Positions 1 to 12,329 are shown, counted from the whole stretch's first letter. The stretch is DNA of 63,119 nucleotides, filler included, from Octopus bimaculoides (GCF_001194135.2; 8 parts of 7 records of this genome joined end to end with filler, not necessarily neighbours in it); one strand, 5' to 3'. Notes: generated by a model from the letters alone, not told the origin. Translations and numbers: made by a program.

Positions 1-59
<59 letters not shown>

Positions 60-170
60 CAGTGAAATAAAGAAGTATTGAGAGAGAATCAAGAGGAGAG
101 AGAACCAGAGAGAGAAACTGAGAGAATAAAGAGAGAAAAAAAAGGGAAGAATAAGGAAAAGAGAGGGAGA
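1..170. repeat. (AG)n microsatellite and GA-rich low-complexity tract
   Basis: Perfect (AG)n at 1-56, followed by degenerate GA-rich sequence. Confidence 0.95.
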
Positions 171-364
171 AAGAAAGAAAAGTTTGAGAGAGGAAAACCA
201 CGGTGGAAACGAAGTATTGTAGGATAGGAATTTTAAGGTTTCGTCTTTAGTGTTCACTGATGCGAAACGATGTTTGCAAGTGATAACATTTTAGATGTAA
301 TGTGCGTGTCTTAACGGATGTGTGTGTTATGCTTGTGTTTGTGTGTATGTGTGCATACGTTTAG

Positions 365-483
365 GTATGCCGTTCCAAAACGGGATGGGAGAGAAAGAGG
401 AAGTGAGACGCACACACACGAAGATACTGATTGCCTCAGGAAGGGAACGATTACGAGAATTCCAAAGATGTCTCATCGCCTGG
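365..483 (+). CDS. Candidate internal exon, product unknown
   Basis: tttag acceptor and TGG|gtaagc donor; open frame GMPFQNGMGEKEEVRRTHTKILIASGRERLREFQRCLIAW ending in phase 0. No family recognised. Confidence 0.28.
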
Positions 484-677
484 GTAAGCATCAAATACCC
501 CGTTTTGTTTTATTGATATTTAAGCGGTGTGAGCATTTTTTTTTAGAATGGGACAAATTACACGCATATCCATGCAGTTAGTCAGAAAGCTGCCTCGTTC
601 TCTCTCTCTCTTTCTCTATCTACATACATACATACATACATAAACAAATACAAATATTTACATACATGTTATATGTA

Positions 678-713
<36 letters not shown>

Positions 714-1751
714 NNNNNNNNNNNNNNNNNNNNNNNNNNNNNNNNNNNNNNNNNNNNNNNNNNNNNNNNNNNNNNNNNNNNNNNNNNNNNNNNNNNNNNN
801 NNNNNNNNNNNNNNNNNNNNNNNNNNNNNNNNNNNNNNNNNNNNNNNNNNNNNNNNNNNNNNNNNNNNNNNNNNNNNNNNNNNNNNNNNNNNNNNNNNNN
901 NNNNNNNNNNNNNNNNNNNNNNNNNNNNNNNNNNNNNNNNNNNNNNNNNNNNNNNNNNNNNNNNNNNNNNNNNNNNNNNNNNNNNNNNNNNNNNNNNNNN
1001 NNNNNNNNNNNNNNNNNNNNNNNNNNNNNNNNNNNNNNNNNNNNNTATATATATATAAATGTATATATATATATATATATATATATACATACTTGCGTAC
1101 ATACAAACATGTGTGTGCTTGTGTGTGTGTTTGTGTGTGTGTGTGTGTGCATTGTATGCGTGTATGAATTAAAAAAAAACAAGATAGGGAGAAGAACACA
1201 ACATTCACAAACCGAAAAAATAGGGTCCAAAACTAGAGGAACGATTAAAATAAAAAAACAAAACAAAACAAAACTTAGCTAAAAGCGAAACAAAAAGAAA
1301 ACAACAAAAACCCCCCAAACCCAAAAAACAAAACGAAACAAGGAAACAAAACTTCCTCCGTAAATGATTAATTCAAGTTTTCATTAAAAGGCAGTTATTA
1401 TCATGTCATGGTTATTCACTCAATCGAAATTACCTCCCTTTTTTCCCTTTTATTTATTCTTTGTTATAAGCGGCCTTTTACAATTTTATATCTGTTGCTT
1501 GCTTCTATGTTTTTTGTTGATCGTGTTGTTTTTGTTTTTATTTAGAATAGTTTACGTATAATCTGAGAGAGTTCAGCGTGATTCTCACAGGGGAGGACGT
1601 TTCAATACATGGAACTGCCTACACAGCATTGTGCTGATTTTGTATGGCCCCTATTTTGAGTTTTTTTAAAAAATCTTTCTATTTCTGTTTTCTTCGTGTT
1701 TATATAGGTATGGATATTTATGTATGTGCATGTCTGTGTGTTTATATGTTG

Positions 1752-1813
<62 letters not shown>

Positions 1814-1922
1814 NNNNNNNNNNNNNNNNNNNNNNNNNNNNNNNNNNNNNNNNNNNNNNNNNNNNNNNNNNNNNNNNNNNNNNNNNNNNNNNNNNNNNNN
1901 NNNNNNNNNNNNNNNNNNNNNN

Positions 1923-1963
<41 letters not shown>

Positions 1964-2025
1964 ACATATCTACATAAAAATGTATATATGCATATCTATT
2001 CATCTAACTCTATCCATGCATGTGT

Positions 2026-2060
<35 letters not shown>

Positions 2061-2388
2061 CACATATATGTATATGTGTGTGTATATATATATATATGTA
2101 TGTATATACATGTATGCGTACACACATACATACGCACACACACAGACACACATATATATAAGATATAAATATGTACATACCACCATACGTGCATACATTC
2201 AATTCACGTGGAGATATGTATGTTCTCATGGATGTTTTTAATGCAACGCAAGTATGTTTTGCTATTAGTTTTATTCCAATATTATTTTCTTACTTAGAAC
2301 GAGGACAATTTCTTCGGAAAGGAAATTAAAGCACGTTGTAATCCCCTTCAATGCACTCTCTCATCTGTGATGCCTGTTTCCCCTCCAG

Positions 2389-2481
2389 CAAAAGACCCTT
2401 CGCAAGAACCCAGTTCATCGGTTCAATATCAGTGTGCACCAGTTCATATCATCAGTTATCTCTCCAATGAGCCCTAAAATG
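2389..2481 (+). CDS. Candidate internal exon, product unknown
   Basis: Acceptor cctgtttcccctccag, donor ATG|gtaaga; 93 bp, phase 0-0, QKTLRKNPVHRFNISVHQFISSVISPMSPKM. An in-frame TGA lies just upstream of the acceptor. Confidence 0.3.
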
Positions 2482-2849
2482 GTAAGAATGAAAATGCATA
2501 AATGAATATATAAATAAATGAACCAGGAAACAAAAAACAAAAACAAAAGGCAAAACGTAAAACGAAACAAAATCAAAACATAATCCGAGAATTAAACGAA
2601 AAGAAACCCCAAACACAGAAAAGGCAAAAGAAAAAAAAAAAATCAAAGGAAAAACAAGGACAAAAAAAAAAAATCGAACCCAAAACAAAAAAACAAGCAA
2701 ATATGTTTAGAATTTACAAATAAAGGCAGGAACGGCCGAAATAAAAGACAAAATTCTTGCAATTAAATGACTCTTTAATTAAATTCCGCATTGGTAAAAC
2801 AACAAAAAACGACAGCAGCAATAACTGTAATAATAACAGCCAAGGCGCT

Positions 2850-3420
2850 GATATGATGATGATGATGATGATGATGATGAGCAGGAAGTGGAAGGGGAGG
2901 ATGGTTACTGTGGTGAAAATGCTGGTGCTGCTGGTGATGTTAAATTGAGGACAATGATGATAATAGAGGCGAAGATGACGTTGATGAAAATGAAGACGGT
3001 TATGGCGACCTTAATACAGTAATTATGATGATGATGATGATGACAACGACGGTGGTGGTGGTGGTGGTGGTGATGGTGGTGGTGATGAGGGTGGTAGTGA
3101 TGGTAGAGGTGAAGGTGGTGGTAGTGATGGTGGTGGTAGTGGTGATGAGGGTGGTAGTGATGGGGGTGTGGTGATGGTGGTGGTGGTGGTGATGGGGTGG
3201 TAGTGATGGTGGTGATGGTGGTGATGGGGGTTGTGGTGGTGGTGGTGAAAGTGGTGGCGGTGGTGATGGTAGTGGTGGTGGTAGTGATGGTGGTGGTGGT
3301 GGTAGTGGTGATGATGATGATGATGATAATCATGGGCATGACGAAGATGCTGCTGCTGATGCTGATTTACGACAAAGATAATGATGACAATTATAATGAT
3401 GACAATTATAATGAAGAATT
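2850..3420. repeat. Compound trinucleotide repeats (GAT/GGT/GTG)
   Basis: Directly visible; explains the poly-M/V/T/H ORFs in the track. Confidence 0.95.
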
Positions 3421-4379
3421 ACGTTGTTAAAAAAAAAAAAGATGAAATCAAAACAAAACTAACGAAGCAATGTTCCTGTCCACGACACTTGGATAATCTC
3501 AGAGAATCTCTTGATCGAAGATTTTTATTTGCAATTCACCACAATTCACGTGAAACCCCACCTAACACAACCGAAATAACTACGACGACGATAACAACAT
3601 CAACAAAATCAACACCGAAAAACAAAGAAGAACCATATCGGGTCCTGGCAGTGAAATGGCCATTATCGTCAGTTATGTTCAGTGCGTTTTTCTAAAGTCA
3701 AGCTCTGTCAATGAAGACTCTTCAAAACCGGATGTTTTCTACGGTGAATCTGAAGAGTTTTGTAATAACAACTGCCCGCAAAAGATTTTAGTATCCTTAT
3801 TTCACGTCGTCATGTACAAAACAAACTACAGATGATCAGCTGAGACTTCAACAGCTTTGTACCCCATGATATTAAATGGAGATCGTTGAGGATGGAAACC
3901 GACCAGAATAAATTTACCATAAAGATAGCACGGCCAATGTCTAGAGTCTATGACAAATTTGCTAAATACGTTTAAAAAACTACACGGAAACACTTTTCCC
4001 ACTGTACATTCTTGATGTCATCAAAGAGAAATCTGCTCTTCATGATGATTATGTCACTAAATTTGAAACATTCCTTCTTAGAGAAAATAACATCTACAAA
4101 TAATAAGGCAATGGAGAGCATCTTCCAATAGTGACGCTCTGGAACCCCCGATTGAGTTAGTAGATGTGCCAAAGTACAAGACGCCACAGTCTCTAATCAT
4201 GGTGTCCATGAAATTTGTACTTCAACAACCAAAGGTTATTGCAAGCCATGTTGACCATCAATTAGAGCGACATTGTTGAGAGTACGGTGAAACTCTGGTT
4301 ACTGAAGACCGCTCATCATGAAAGAGATATAAACTGACACGTCAAATGTTAAATTGAAACAGAGCAGATCAAGTATTTC

Positions 4380-5163
4380 GGATCCGTGTCAAAGAAGGAG
4401 GTCCTGCAACTATATAATAATTGTTTAAAACGACCATTGCTGGTGACAGCTCCCCATACCATTACAAAGATACCGCCATGTTTCACAATTGGTTGGAGTC
4501 GTTTCAAATCAAATTCTTGATTGGGAAGCCTCCAGACCCGAACACATCCACTGTCTGAAAATAATGCAAATCTGGATTCATCTGAGAAAATCACTCTATC
4601 CCAAATTGTTCTGGATTTTTCTGATATCTCCTTAACCCATTTCTTTCTTTTCATGATATCAATTGGTTGAAGGAGAGGTTTTCTTCTAGCTGCTCGTCCA
4701 TAATACCCAAGCTTATGCAGATATGTAACACACGTTCTTGGAATAACTTCTTGCTGTTTTGCAATGTCAGAAGCCTTCGAACGGGGTTCGTTTTCCACAA
4801 TTCTCTTCAAACAGCGAAGTTTCCTTTCCGAGAGCCCAGGTCGGGACGAGAGTTTGTTGATTCTTTTCCTTGGCTTTTGAATTGCACTATAATTCTATTA
4901 ACAGTAGCAAGAGGAATTTGAAGATTTTTGGCAATTTTTCGCTGGCTAAGACCAGCCTCAGATTGCCCTCTTTGAAAATCTGACAGTTCTGCTGAATTTT
5001 TTGTGCATGGCATGGTTACTCTTCGCGAATGTTTAATATAATAGCACCTGGAATGAAAAAGAATAATTACATTGTAAATTCTACACCGCTGAAAACATTA
5101 AGATGCTTAGATCAGAAATTTTGAAAATTAAAGGTGTCTATATACTTCCTGCATGTCTGTGTA
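4380..5163 (-). mobile_element. Tc1-family DNA transposon remnant (frameshifted transposase, 5' end and one TIR)
   Basis: Minus-strand translation gives a HTH region ([21 protein letters not shown]), [21 protein letters not shown] (first catalytic D) and VKHGG.VMVWG. Probable TIR at 5133-5161 next to a TA at 5162-5163; the 3' part is missing. Confidence 0.9.
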
Positions 5164-5400
5164 TGTATGCATTTGTGTGTCTGCGTTTGCCCCCACCATC
5201 CCACCATCGCTTGACAATCGATGTTGGTGTGTTTACGTCCTCGTATGTAGCGATTCGGCAAAAGAGATCGATCGAATAAGTACTAGGCTAACAAAGAATA
5301 AATCCTGGGGTTGATTTGTCTCGACTAAAAAGGCGATGCTCCGACATGGCCGCTGTCAAATGACTGAAACAAGTGAAAGAGTAAAAGAACAGAAGAATAT
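5164..5400 (+). mobile_element. SINE family B, 3' body and tail
   Basis: Homologous to the body of the full copy at 7943-8325 (cgcttgacaa..ataagtactaggc..catggccgc..gactgaaacaagt). Confidence 0.8.
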
Positions 5401-6244
5401 CTTCGCCATGAAGTGTTACTTCTATTCAATGACAAAATGAAATTTTCATTCCTATCACCTTTGTCTGGTAAATTTCTAAAACACCATTAGTTGAGATATA
5501 CCATTAGTTGAGATTCAGGTATTTTCTCTATGATCAATTTAAAATTGATCTGGAACACAAGTGAATCTGTCACCAGTCAGCATTATAAATATTAATTTTG
5601 AATCTTGTTATTCTACTTTAAACCATGTGTTAATGAAAAAATAAAACAAGAAGAAAAAACAAAACAAACAAATATATACATTCTGGCACTGACATATGTT
5701 CGCGCTAAAACACTGACATATATCTACCTTTTGCATAACAACACAGATATTTATAGAACTCTAGGTGTTAAATAGTAACTTGTACGCAAAAACATACGTA
5801 TTACTTGTACTTATGAACCGATACTATCATAAAATGCTGACACATCAACATTTTCACACCCGCACAATCGTTTTCGAAATTCTACGTGTTAAATAACGAC
5901 TTGTATGCATAGAAACATCTATCTCACTTATTACTTGTACTTATAAATAATGGCAAGTGACTTTCTCACTTGCCACTTAAAGCCAGTTGACAACCAATTT
6001 TAACCAGTCGGAACTGCTTCTGCTGTGACAGAGGAGGAAAAGTACATACCTTTCAGATTGCTAAGTTTATGTTATACAACATGAGGAGCCTTTGTCATCT
6101 GTTACAAATGGTTTGAGAACCTACAACTGAAAAGTTTCTCTCCGTGTGAGAGGCTTGGAAGATCAGCAGTCACCCGATGTTCACAAGTTCGTAATCTCCA
6201 CCTCACCATTGATGACCAAGACAAATGCAAAGCCACCACAATTT

Positions 6245-6400
6245 GGCAACGGGCATCACCTTGAAAGGTTTAGTCGAACTAGACGACCACGGTACTTATG
6301 TTTTAGTCTTGTCCTCTTGTACTTATTGTATCGTTCTCTTTTGTCAAACTGCTAGGTTACGAGGACAGAAACAAGCCAACACCGGTTGTCAAACAAAAAG
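6245..6400 (-). mobile_element. SINE family B body, decayed
   Basis: Reverse-complement similarity to the family B body and tail. Confidence 0.55.
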
Positions 6401-6464
6401 ACACTCACATATGCACACATACACACGCATACACACACACACACACGCACATATGTATGTGTTT

Positions 6465-6686
6465 GGCGAGCTGGCAGAAACGTTAGCACGCCGGGCGAAA
6501 TGCTTAGCGGTATTTCTTCTGTCTTTACGTTCTGAGTTCAAATTCCGCCGAGGTCGACTTTGCCTTTCATCTTTTCGAGGTCGATTAAATAAGTACCAGT
6601 TGCGTACTGGGGTCGATCTAATCGACTTAATACGTTTGTCTGTCCTTGTTTGTCCCCTCTGTGTGTAGCTCCTTGTGGGTAGTAAA
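6465..6686 (+). mobile_element. SINE family C (tRNA-derived head plus conserved cctttcatcctttcggggtcgataaa core)
   Basis: ggcgagctggcagaaacgttag head, box-B-like gagttcaaattcc, and a core shared with many copies in the window. Confidence 0.85.
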
Positions 6687-7134
6687 GTAATAGCACACAT
6701 CTGTATGTATACGATGGGCTTCCACATAGTTCCCGTCAATCTAATCCACTCACGACGTATTGGTTGGCTCGGAGATATAGTAGAAGATACTTTCCCAAGG
6801 AATCCAACGGTGCCCAAGGGACTCAACGGTGCCACAAAGAATACTGCAAGGGTTTCCATCCAACGCTCTAATGTTACCACCATTCCGCCACCCTAAAATG
6901 GGACTTTATTTGGCGAAATCAAAAGGATGAAAGGCACTGTTGAACTCGATGGAATTTGAACTTATAGCGCAGAGAGTCAGAGCAATTAATGCAAGGCGTT
7001 TTATCCGAGCTCTTAAGACTCTGCCAACTCACCCCTTTTTCTTACTTCCTCCATTACAAGCAACAACACAATCTTAAGACCTTAGGTAATTAAGCATGTT
7101 TAATACTTAACGGAGAATAATCACTGATTATTTC

Positions 7135-7333
7135 GTTTTAATTGTTTCAGCCATTTGACCGCGGCCATGCTGGGGCACCGCCTTGAAGAGTTTTTAGTCG
7201 AACAAATCGACCCCAGGACTTATTTTTTTAAACCTGGTACTTATTCTATCGGTCAGTTTTTTGCCGAACCGCTAAGTTACGGAGACGTAAACACATTAAC
7301 ACCGCTTGTCAAGCGGTAGTGAAGGACACACAC
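7135..7333 (-). mobile_element. SINE family B body, running into a gap
   Basis: Reverse complement of the family B body and tail. Confidence 0.8.
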
Positions 7334-7942
7334 NNNNNNNNNNNNNNNNNNNNNNNNNNNNNNNNNNNNNNNNNNNNNNNNNNNNNNNNNNNNNNNNNNN
7401 NNNNNNNNNNNNNNNNNNNNNNNNNNNNNNNNNNNNNNNNNNNNNNNNNNNNNNNNNNNNNNNNNNNNNNNNNNNNNNNNNNNNNNNNNNNNNNNNNNNN
7501 NNNNNNNNNNNNNNNNNNNNNNNNNNNNNNNNNNNNNNNNNNNNNNNNNNNNNNNNNNNNNNNNNNNNNNNNNNNNNNNNNNNNNNNNNNNNNNNNNNNN
7601 NNNNNNNNNNNNNNNNNNNNNNNNNNNNNNNNNNNNNNNNNNNNNNNNNNNNNNNNNNNNNNNNNNNNNNNNNNNNNNNNNNNNNNNNNNNNNNNNNNNN
7701 NNNNNNNNNNNNNNNNNNNNNNNNNNNNNNNNNNNNNNNNNNNNNNNNNNNNNNNNNNNNNNNNNNNNNNNNNNNNNNNNNNNNNNNNNNNNNNNNNNNN
7801 NNNNNNNNNNNNNNNNNNNNNNNNNNNNNNNNNNNNNNNNNNNNNNNNNNNNNNNNNNNNNNNNNNNNNNNNNNNNNNNNNNNNNNNNNNNNNNNNNNNN
7901 NNNNNNNNNNNNNNNNNNNNNATATATACACACACACACATA

Positions 7943-8325
7943 GGCGCAGGGGTAGCTATGTGGTAAGAAGCTTGCTTCCCAACCACATGGTTCCGGGTTC
8001 AGTTCCACCTTGGGCAGGTGTCTTCTACTTTAACCGCGGGCTGAAAAAAGCCTTGCGAGTGGATTTGGTAAACGGAAATTGAAAGAAGCCCGTCGTATAT
8101 ATATATATATGTATATGTTTGTGTGTCTGTGTTTGTCCCCCCACCGTCGTTTGACAACCGATGTTGGTGAGTTTGTGTCCCCAAAACCTAGCAGTTCGGC
8201 AAAAGAAACCGATAGATTACGTACTAGGCTTACAAAGAATAAGTCCTGGGGTCGATTTGTTCGATTAAAGGCGATGCTCCAGCATGGCCGCCGTCAAATG
8301 ATTGAAACAAGTAAAAGAATAAAAA
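7943..8325 (+). mobile_element. SINE family B, full-length (tRNA head, CORE-like segment, internal TA/TG microsatellite, body, CR1-like tail)
   Basis: ggcgcagg..tgtggtaag (box A), ggttccgggttcag (box B-like) and ccttgggcaggtgtcttctact, which resembles the CORE domain. Many homologues in the window. Confidence 0.9.
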
Positions 8326-8369
8326 AATATTTGTGTGTGTGTAAGTGTGTGTGTGTGTGTGTGTGTCTT

Positions 8370-8585
8370 TCTGTTTTTGTGTGTTACTCCACCGCTTGAG
8401 AAACGGTGTGGTGTTGATTTGTTTACGTACCCATAAACTAGCGGTCCGGCAAAAGTGAGCGATAAAATATGTAATATTAAACTTTTAAAAAATTAGTATT
8501 GCGGACAATTTGTCCGACTAAACCCTTCAAGGCAGTACTCCACCATGGCCGTAGTCCAGTGACTAAAGCGAGTAAAAGATTAAAA
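8370..8585 (+). mobile_element. SINE family B body, older copy
   Basis: Diverged match to the 8130-8325 body. Confidence 0.7.
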
Positions 8586-8799
8586 AAAAATTGCTTTCCT
8601 ACAGCTGGATATCTACTGGGAAAAGAAGTTTTAGAACTAATATGAGAATGCTGGACCTACAGACAGAATGAGTCAAGGTAAAGGAGAATGGTGATACACT
8701 GTAGTTAAAACTTATGTCCGCTTGGAAAAATATATTTTCTTCCATATAGATTTTTTTTCTTCCTCATTTACTCCAGTGAATTGTTACAGATCAAGAAGT

Positions 8800-9125
8800 C
8801 ACCAGCGTAGATACATTTCTGGGTAGTTAAATTACCATTTTGAAAGAATGTTTTACAACAGATATCACATTGGTATGGTCTCTCCTATTTGAACAAGTTT
8901 TATGGCAAGACAAACTACGAATCTGTTTTACGGTGAATATCACAGTGGTATGATTTCTCTGCTGTGTGGATATGTTTGTGGGAAATTAAATTAGCGTTTT
9001 GAAAGTATGTTTCAGCACAGATATTACTACGATATAGATTTTCTTGTGCGAATACGCTTATGGAAAGACATTATAAATATTAGAGAAAGTTTCACTATAA
9101 ATATCAGTCAGTGGTAGGATCTCTA
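8800..9125 (-). pseudogene. Decayed tandem C2H2 zinc-finger array (about 3-4 fingers)
   Basis: Minus-strand reading with stops and frameshifts: HKRIRT-ENLYRSNICAETYFQNANLISHKHIHTAEKSYHCDI.. and ERPYQCDICCKTFFQNGNLTTQKCIYAG, i.e. HTGEKPY linkers and CxxC spacing. Confidence 0.65.
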
Positions 9126-9496
9126 TCCCGTGTCTATACGTTTGGGAACGCACGCTCGCGTGCACATACACATACTCACATACACACACTCACATACACA
9201 CGCATATACATATATAAAGGGTTAATACATAAATATATATATGTGTACAGATACATACACGCATATATACATGTGTGAGCATGCGTATTTGCATATATAA
9301 TACGTATATATATATATATTATATATACATACACACATATATATATATATTCATATATATATATGTAATATGTATAAGCATATATATGTGTATATANNNN
9401 NNNNNNNNNNNNNNNNNNNNNNNNNNNNNNNNNNNNNNNNNNNNNNNNNNNNNNNNNNNNNNNNNNNNNNNNNNNNNNNNNNNNNNNNNNNNNNNN

Positions 9497-9570
9497 GAGC
9501 AGGCTGTTCCGTCGATCGGATCAACTGGAACCCTCGATGTCGTAAGTGACAGAGTGCCACCAACAACAAC
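9497..9570 (+). mobile_element. SINE family A, 3' end (remainder in gap)
   Basis: gagcaggctgttccgtcgatcggatcaactggaaccctcga..caacaacaac matches 14027-14100. Confidence 0.85.
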
Positions 9571-9940
9571 ATTCTGTGTTCTAACGCAAACAACCACTTT
9601 AATTTGGACATAAAGATTACACTTTGGTATTAATACTGCATTTGTCGTTATTAATTGTATATATATATATTCTGACTTTAAATCCTGAGGTGTTTAAATT
9701 TGCGTTTTATACTTTCGAAGTCAAAAAGAATAAATGCCAAATATATACAGGATCAATCGATTATACTATTTGAGTGGTACAATTAATTTGTCTTCCGGTT
9801 TAGCAATACCTCTACAACAAAGCCCTTGAGTATCTTTAGCAGGTTCTATTCCGTTTCCGGTCTGGTAAGAACTCGTAAATTGTGTTTCCTTCCTTCCATT
9901 CTTCCGTCACTTTAAGAAGCCTCAACAAAGGTCATAGGAG

Positions 9941-9980
<40 letters not shown>

Positions 9981-10178
9981 CTTTCTCACTCTCTCTCTCT
10001 CTCTGGTTAACTCAGTAGCACTCGATCTTTTCATTACTAAGGATTCTTTTTATTTAAACGATGTTTTTTCTCAGATTCTAGGTTTCAGAAATGTCTGCCA
10101 ACTCAATAAGCCGATTTTTATTAACTAACAATAAACTCGTTGATTCAGTTTTCATCACTCTGTTGATATATATATATA

Positions 10179-11002
10179 TGTTTGTAGCACTCTGCCACCG
10201 AACTTATATATATATAACTGAATAATCATACGTGACTGAGTTATACATTTTACACTGCAGTCTTCTAAAATTTTGAACACTGCTCACGGACCCTGAATAC
10301 TACCTTTGTGAATCACAGGGGGCTAAACTCTAAATTAACACCCTTTTCTACAAATTAGTGATCGTGAGCCAAACTTAGATATCNNNNNNNNNNNNNNNNN
10401 NNNNNNNNNNNNNNNNNNNNNNNNNNNNNNNNNNNNNNNNNNNNNNNNNNNNNNNNNNNNNNNNNNNNNNNNNNNNNNNNNNNNNNNNNNNNNNNNNNNN
10501 NNNNNNNNNNNNNNNTATATATATATATATATAGTCACGTATGATTATTCAGTTATATATATATATATATAACTGAATAATCATACGTGACTGAGTTATA
10601 CATTTTACACTGCAGTCTTCTAAAATTTTGAACACTGCTCACGGACCCTGAATACTACCTTTGTGAATCACAGGGGGCTAAACTCTAAATTAACACCCTT
10701 TTCTACAAATTAGTGATCGTGAGCCAAACTTAGATATCAATATTTGTAAAGGTAAGCTCGTGTCGCGTTGAGTCTGTAAACCGGTTTTGATATCAGCTGG
10801 TGACGTTTTCATTTCTTATGTGATGGCACTTTCTCTCAACTTATGAACATTACGCAACAACATTTGCCTCCCCTTGTAAATATGTTCATTCTTTTATCCA
10901 TGTAAGAAATCAATTTGTATTTGTTCATTGTATTCAAATATTCTTGTTAAATGAAATGAATAAATACAATAAGCTAAGTTCGGTGGCAGAGTGCTACAAA
11001 CA
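10179..11002. mobile_element. Unclassified non-coding element with perfect 28-bp terminal inverted repeats (TG...CA)
   Basis: 10179-10206 tgtttgtagcactctgccaccgaactta is the exact reverse complement of 10975-11002. The interior contains an N gap and a duplicated segment. Confidence 0.6.
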
Positions 11003-11652
11003 TTCTGACAATGTTCGGTCGTCGAATCCACTCAATTACTGCCTAATTTCGAAGGTTTGACAAGAGATTTGTGTCTGCAACGATGTTAACTACACATCAT
11101 ATATTGTTATATTGCAATATTCGATCTGATGAAAAGGGGATGTAGTGTTGTTGTCGAGGCAGTTGTTTCTAAAGCTGTTATTGGAGAGGAAGAGATGTGG
11201 CTTTTAATGGAACTGCTATAATAAAATGGAACAATTTTCTAAATGAAGATTTCGTCTTAAAAGCGGGGATGGACCATTAAGAAGTCAAATAATTGAAACA
11301 AATTTAATTTCCTTCTCGCTCTTATTCGTTTTATTGGCCTTTCATTGCAAAGGCTTAGTTTAAAGTAACCATCGTTAACTGGGAAAGAGAAATCTCTCTT
11401 GTTTCCTGATTCGTACGAAATGGCAAAACTATAGCAGAATATTCACTTTAGAATCTTAACGGAAAAAGGAAAAGCACCTACATCTTATTGATATGTTTGA
11501 TTCTATCTATTCCACTGTCATGCTGTTCTTAATTTTTAAACTTTACTTATTTTTCATCTCTATTGTAAATGACTTGCAGAAAAGAATCTACTCGAATCGA
11601 AATTCTCAGTTTACCGATTCAATAGTTAATGTTTCGCATCCTGCACCACGTC

Positions 11653-11798
11653 CATACCTGTGGCATTTTACAGTTTGATAGAGCAGTGAATACTTAGGAC
11701 GTTTACCGGTTTGAAGGAGCAGCGCATACTTAGGACATTTAACTGTTTGATAGAGCATTTCATACCTCGGGTATTTAGCATTTTGATAGAACAGTCAT
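11653..11798. repeat. Degenerate ~36-bp minisatellite, about 4 units
   Basis: Units approximate gacatttaactgtttgatagagcagtgcatacttag. Confidence 0.75.
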
Positions 11799-11862
11799 CT
11801 AGTTGTAATTAGGTAAACAACTATACTGGATAAGCGATGAATGTTTTGTTAGCTTATATTGT

Positions 11863-12165
11863 TGTTGATGTTGGCACTCCATCGCTTACGACGTCGAGGG
11901 TTCCAGTTGATCCGATCAACGGAACAACCTGCTCGTGAAATTAACGTGCAAGTGGCTGAACACTCCATAGACACGTGTACCCTTAACGTAGTTCTCGGGG
12001 AGATTCAGCGTGACACAGGGTGACAAGGCTGACCCTTTGAATTACAGGCACAACAGGAAGTAAGAGTGAGAGAAAGTTGTGGTGGAAGAGTACAGCAGGG
12101 TTCGCCACCANNNNNNNNNNGACCTCGAGTTCGCTGCCCTAACCACTGGGCCATTGCGCCTCTAC
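11863..12165 (-). mobile_element. SINE family A (tRNA-derived) with 11-bp TSD
   Basis: Near-identical to 14839-15223; exact direct repeat gcttatattgt at 11852-11862 and 12166-12176; small internal N gap. Confidence 0.92.
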
Positions 12166-12329
12166 GCTTATATTGTAAAGATTTAAAAAAAAAAAAAAAA
12201 CGTAGTTACAGTTATTTTTCTCCGTAATATTTATATGATCCTGGGAAGATTTCTGAAGTTACAAGACAACAGCTACATGTATCAATTAAATAAAATTAAT
12301 ACTAGAATTACTAATTTTCCTATATTTCT

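Noticed and set aside
2294-2473. Minus-strand 180-bp exon-like segment with strong splice signals and a TGA-TGA pair in an otherwise protein-like frame
   Set aside because: All three frames contain stops, including a TAA; no SECIS or selenoprotein similarity was recognised.
3620-4340. Non-repetitive, coding-looking stretch
   Set aside because: Every frame on both strands is interrupted and no motif is recognisable.
5700-5945. Two-copy ~120-bp degenerate tandem duplication
   Set aside because: An ordinary old local duplication with no coding or structural signal.
10207-10737. Identical ~175-bp direct repeat on both sides of a gap, plus a perfect palindrome agtcacgtatgattattcagt-(TA)n-actgaataatcatacgtgact
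   Set aside because: Exact duplication abutting an N run and a fold-back centred on self-complementary (TA)n are typical short-read mis-assembly patterns; long reads would be needed to rescue it.
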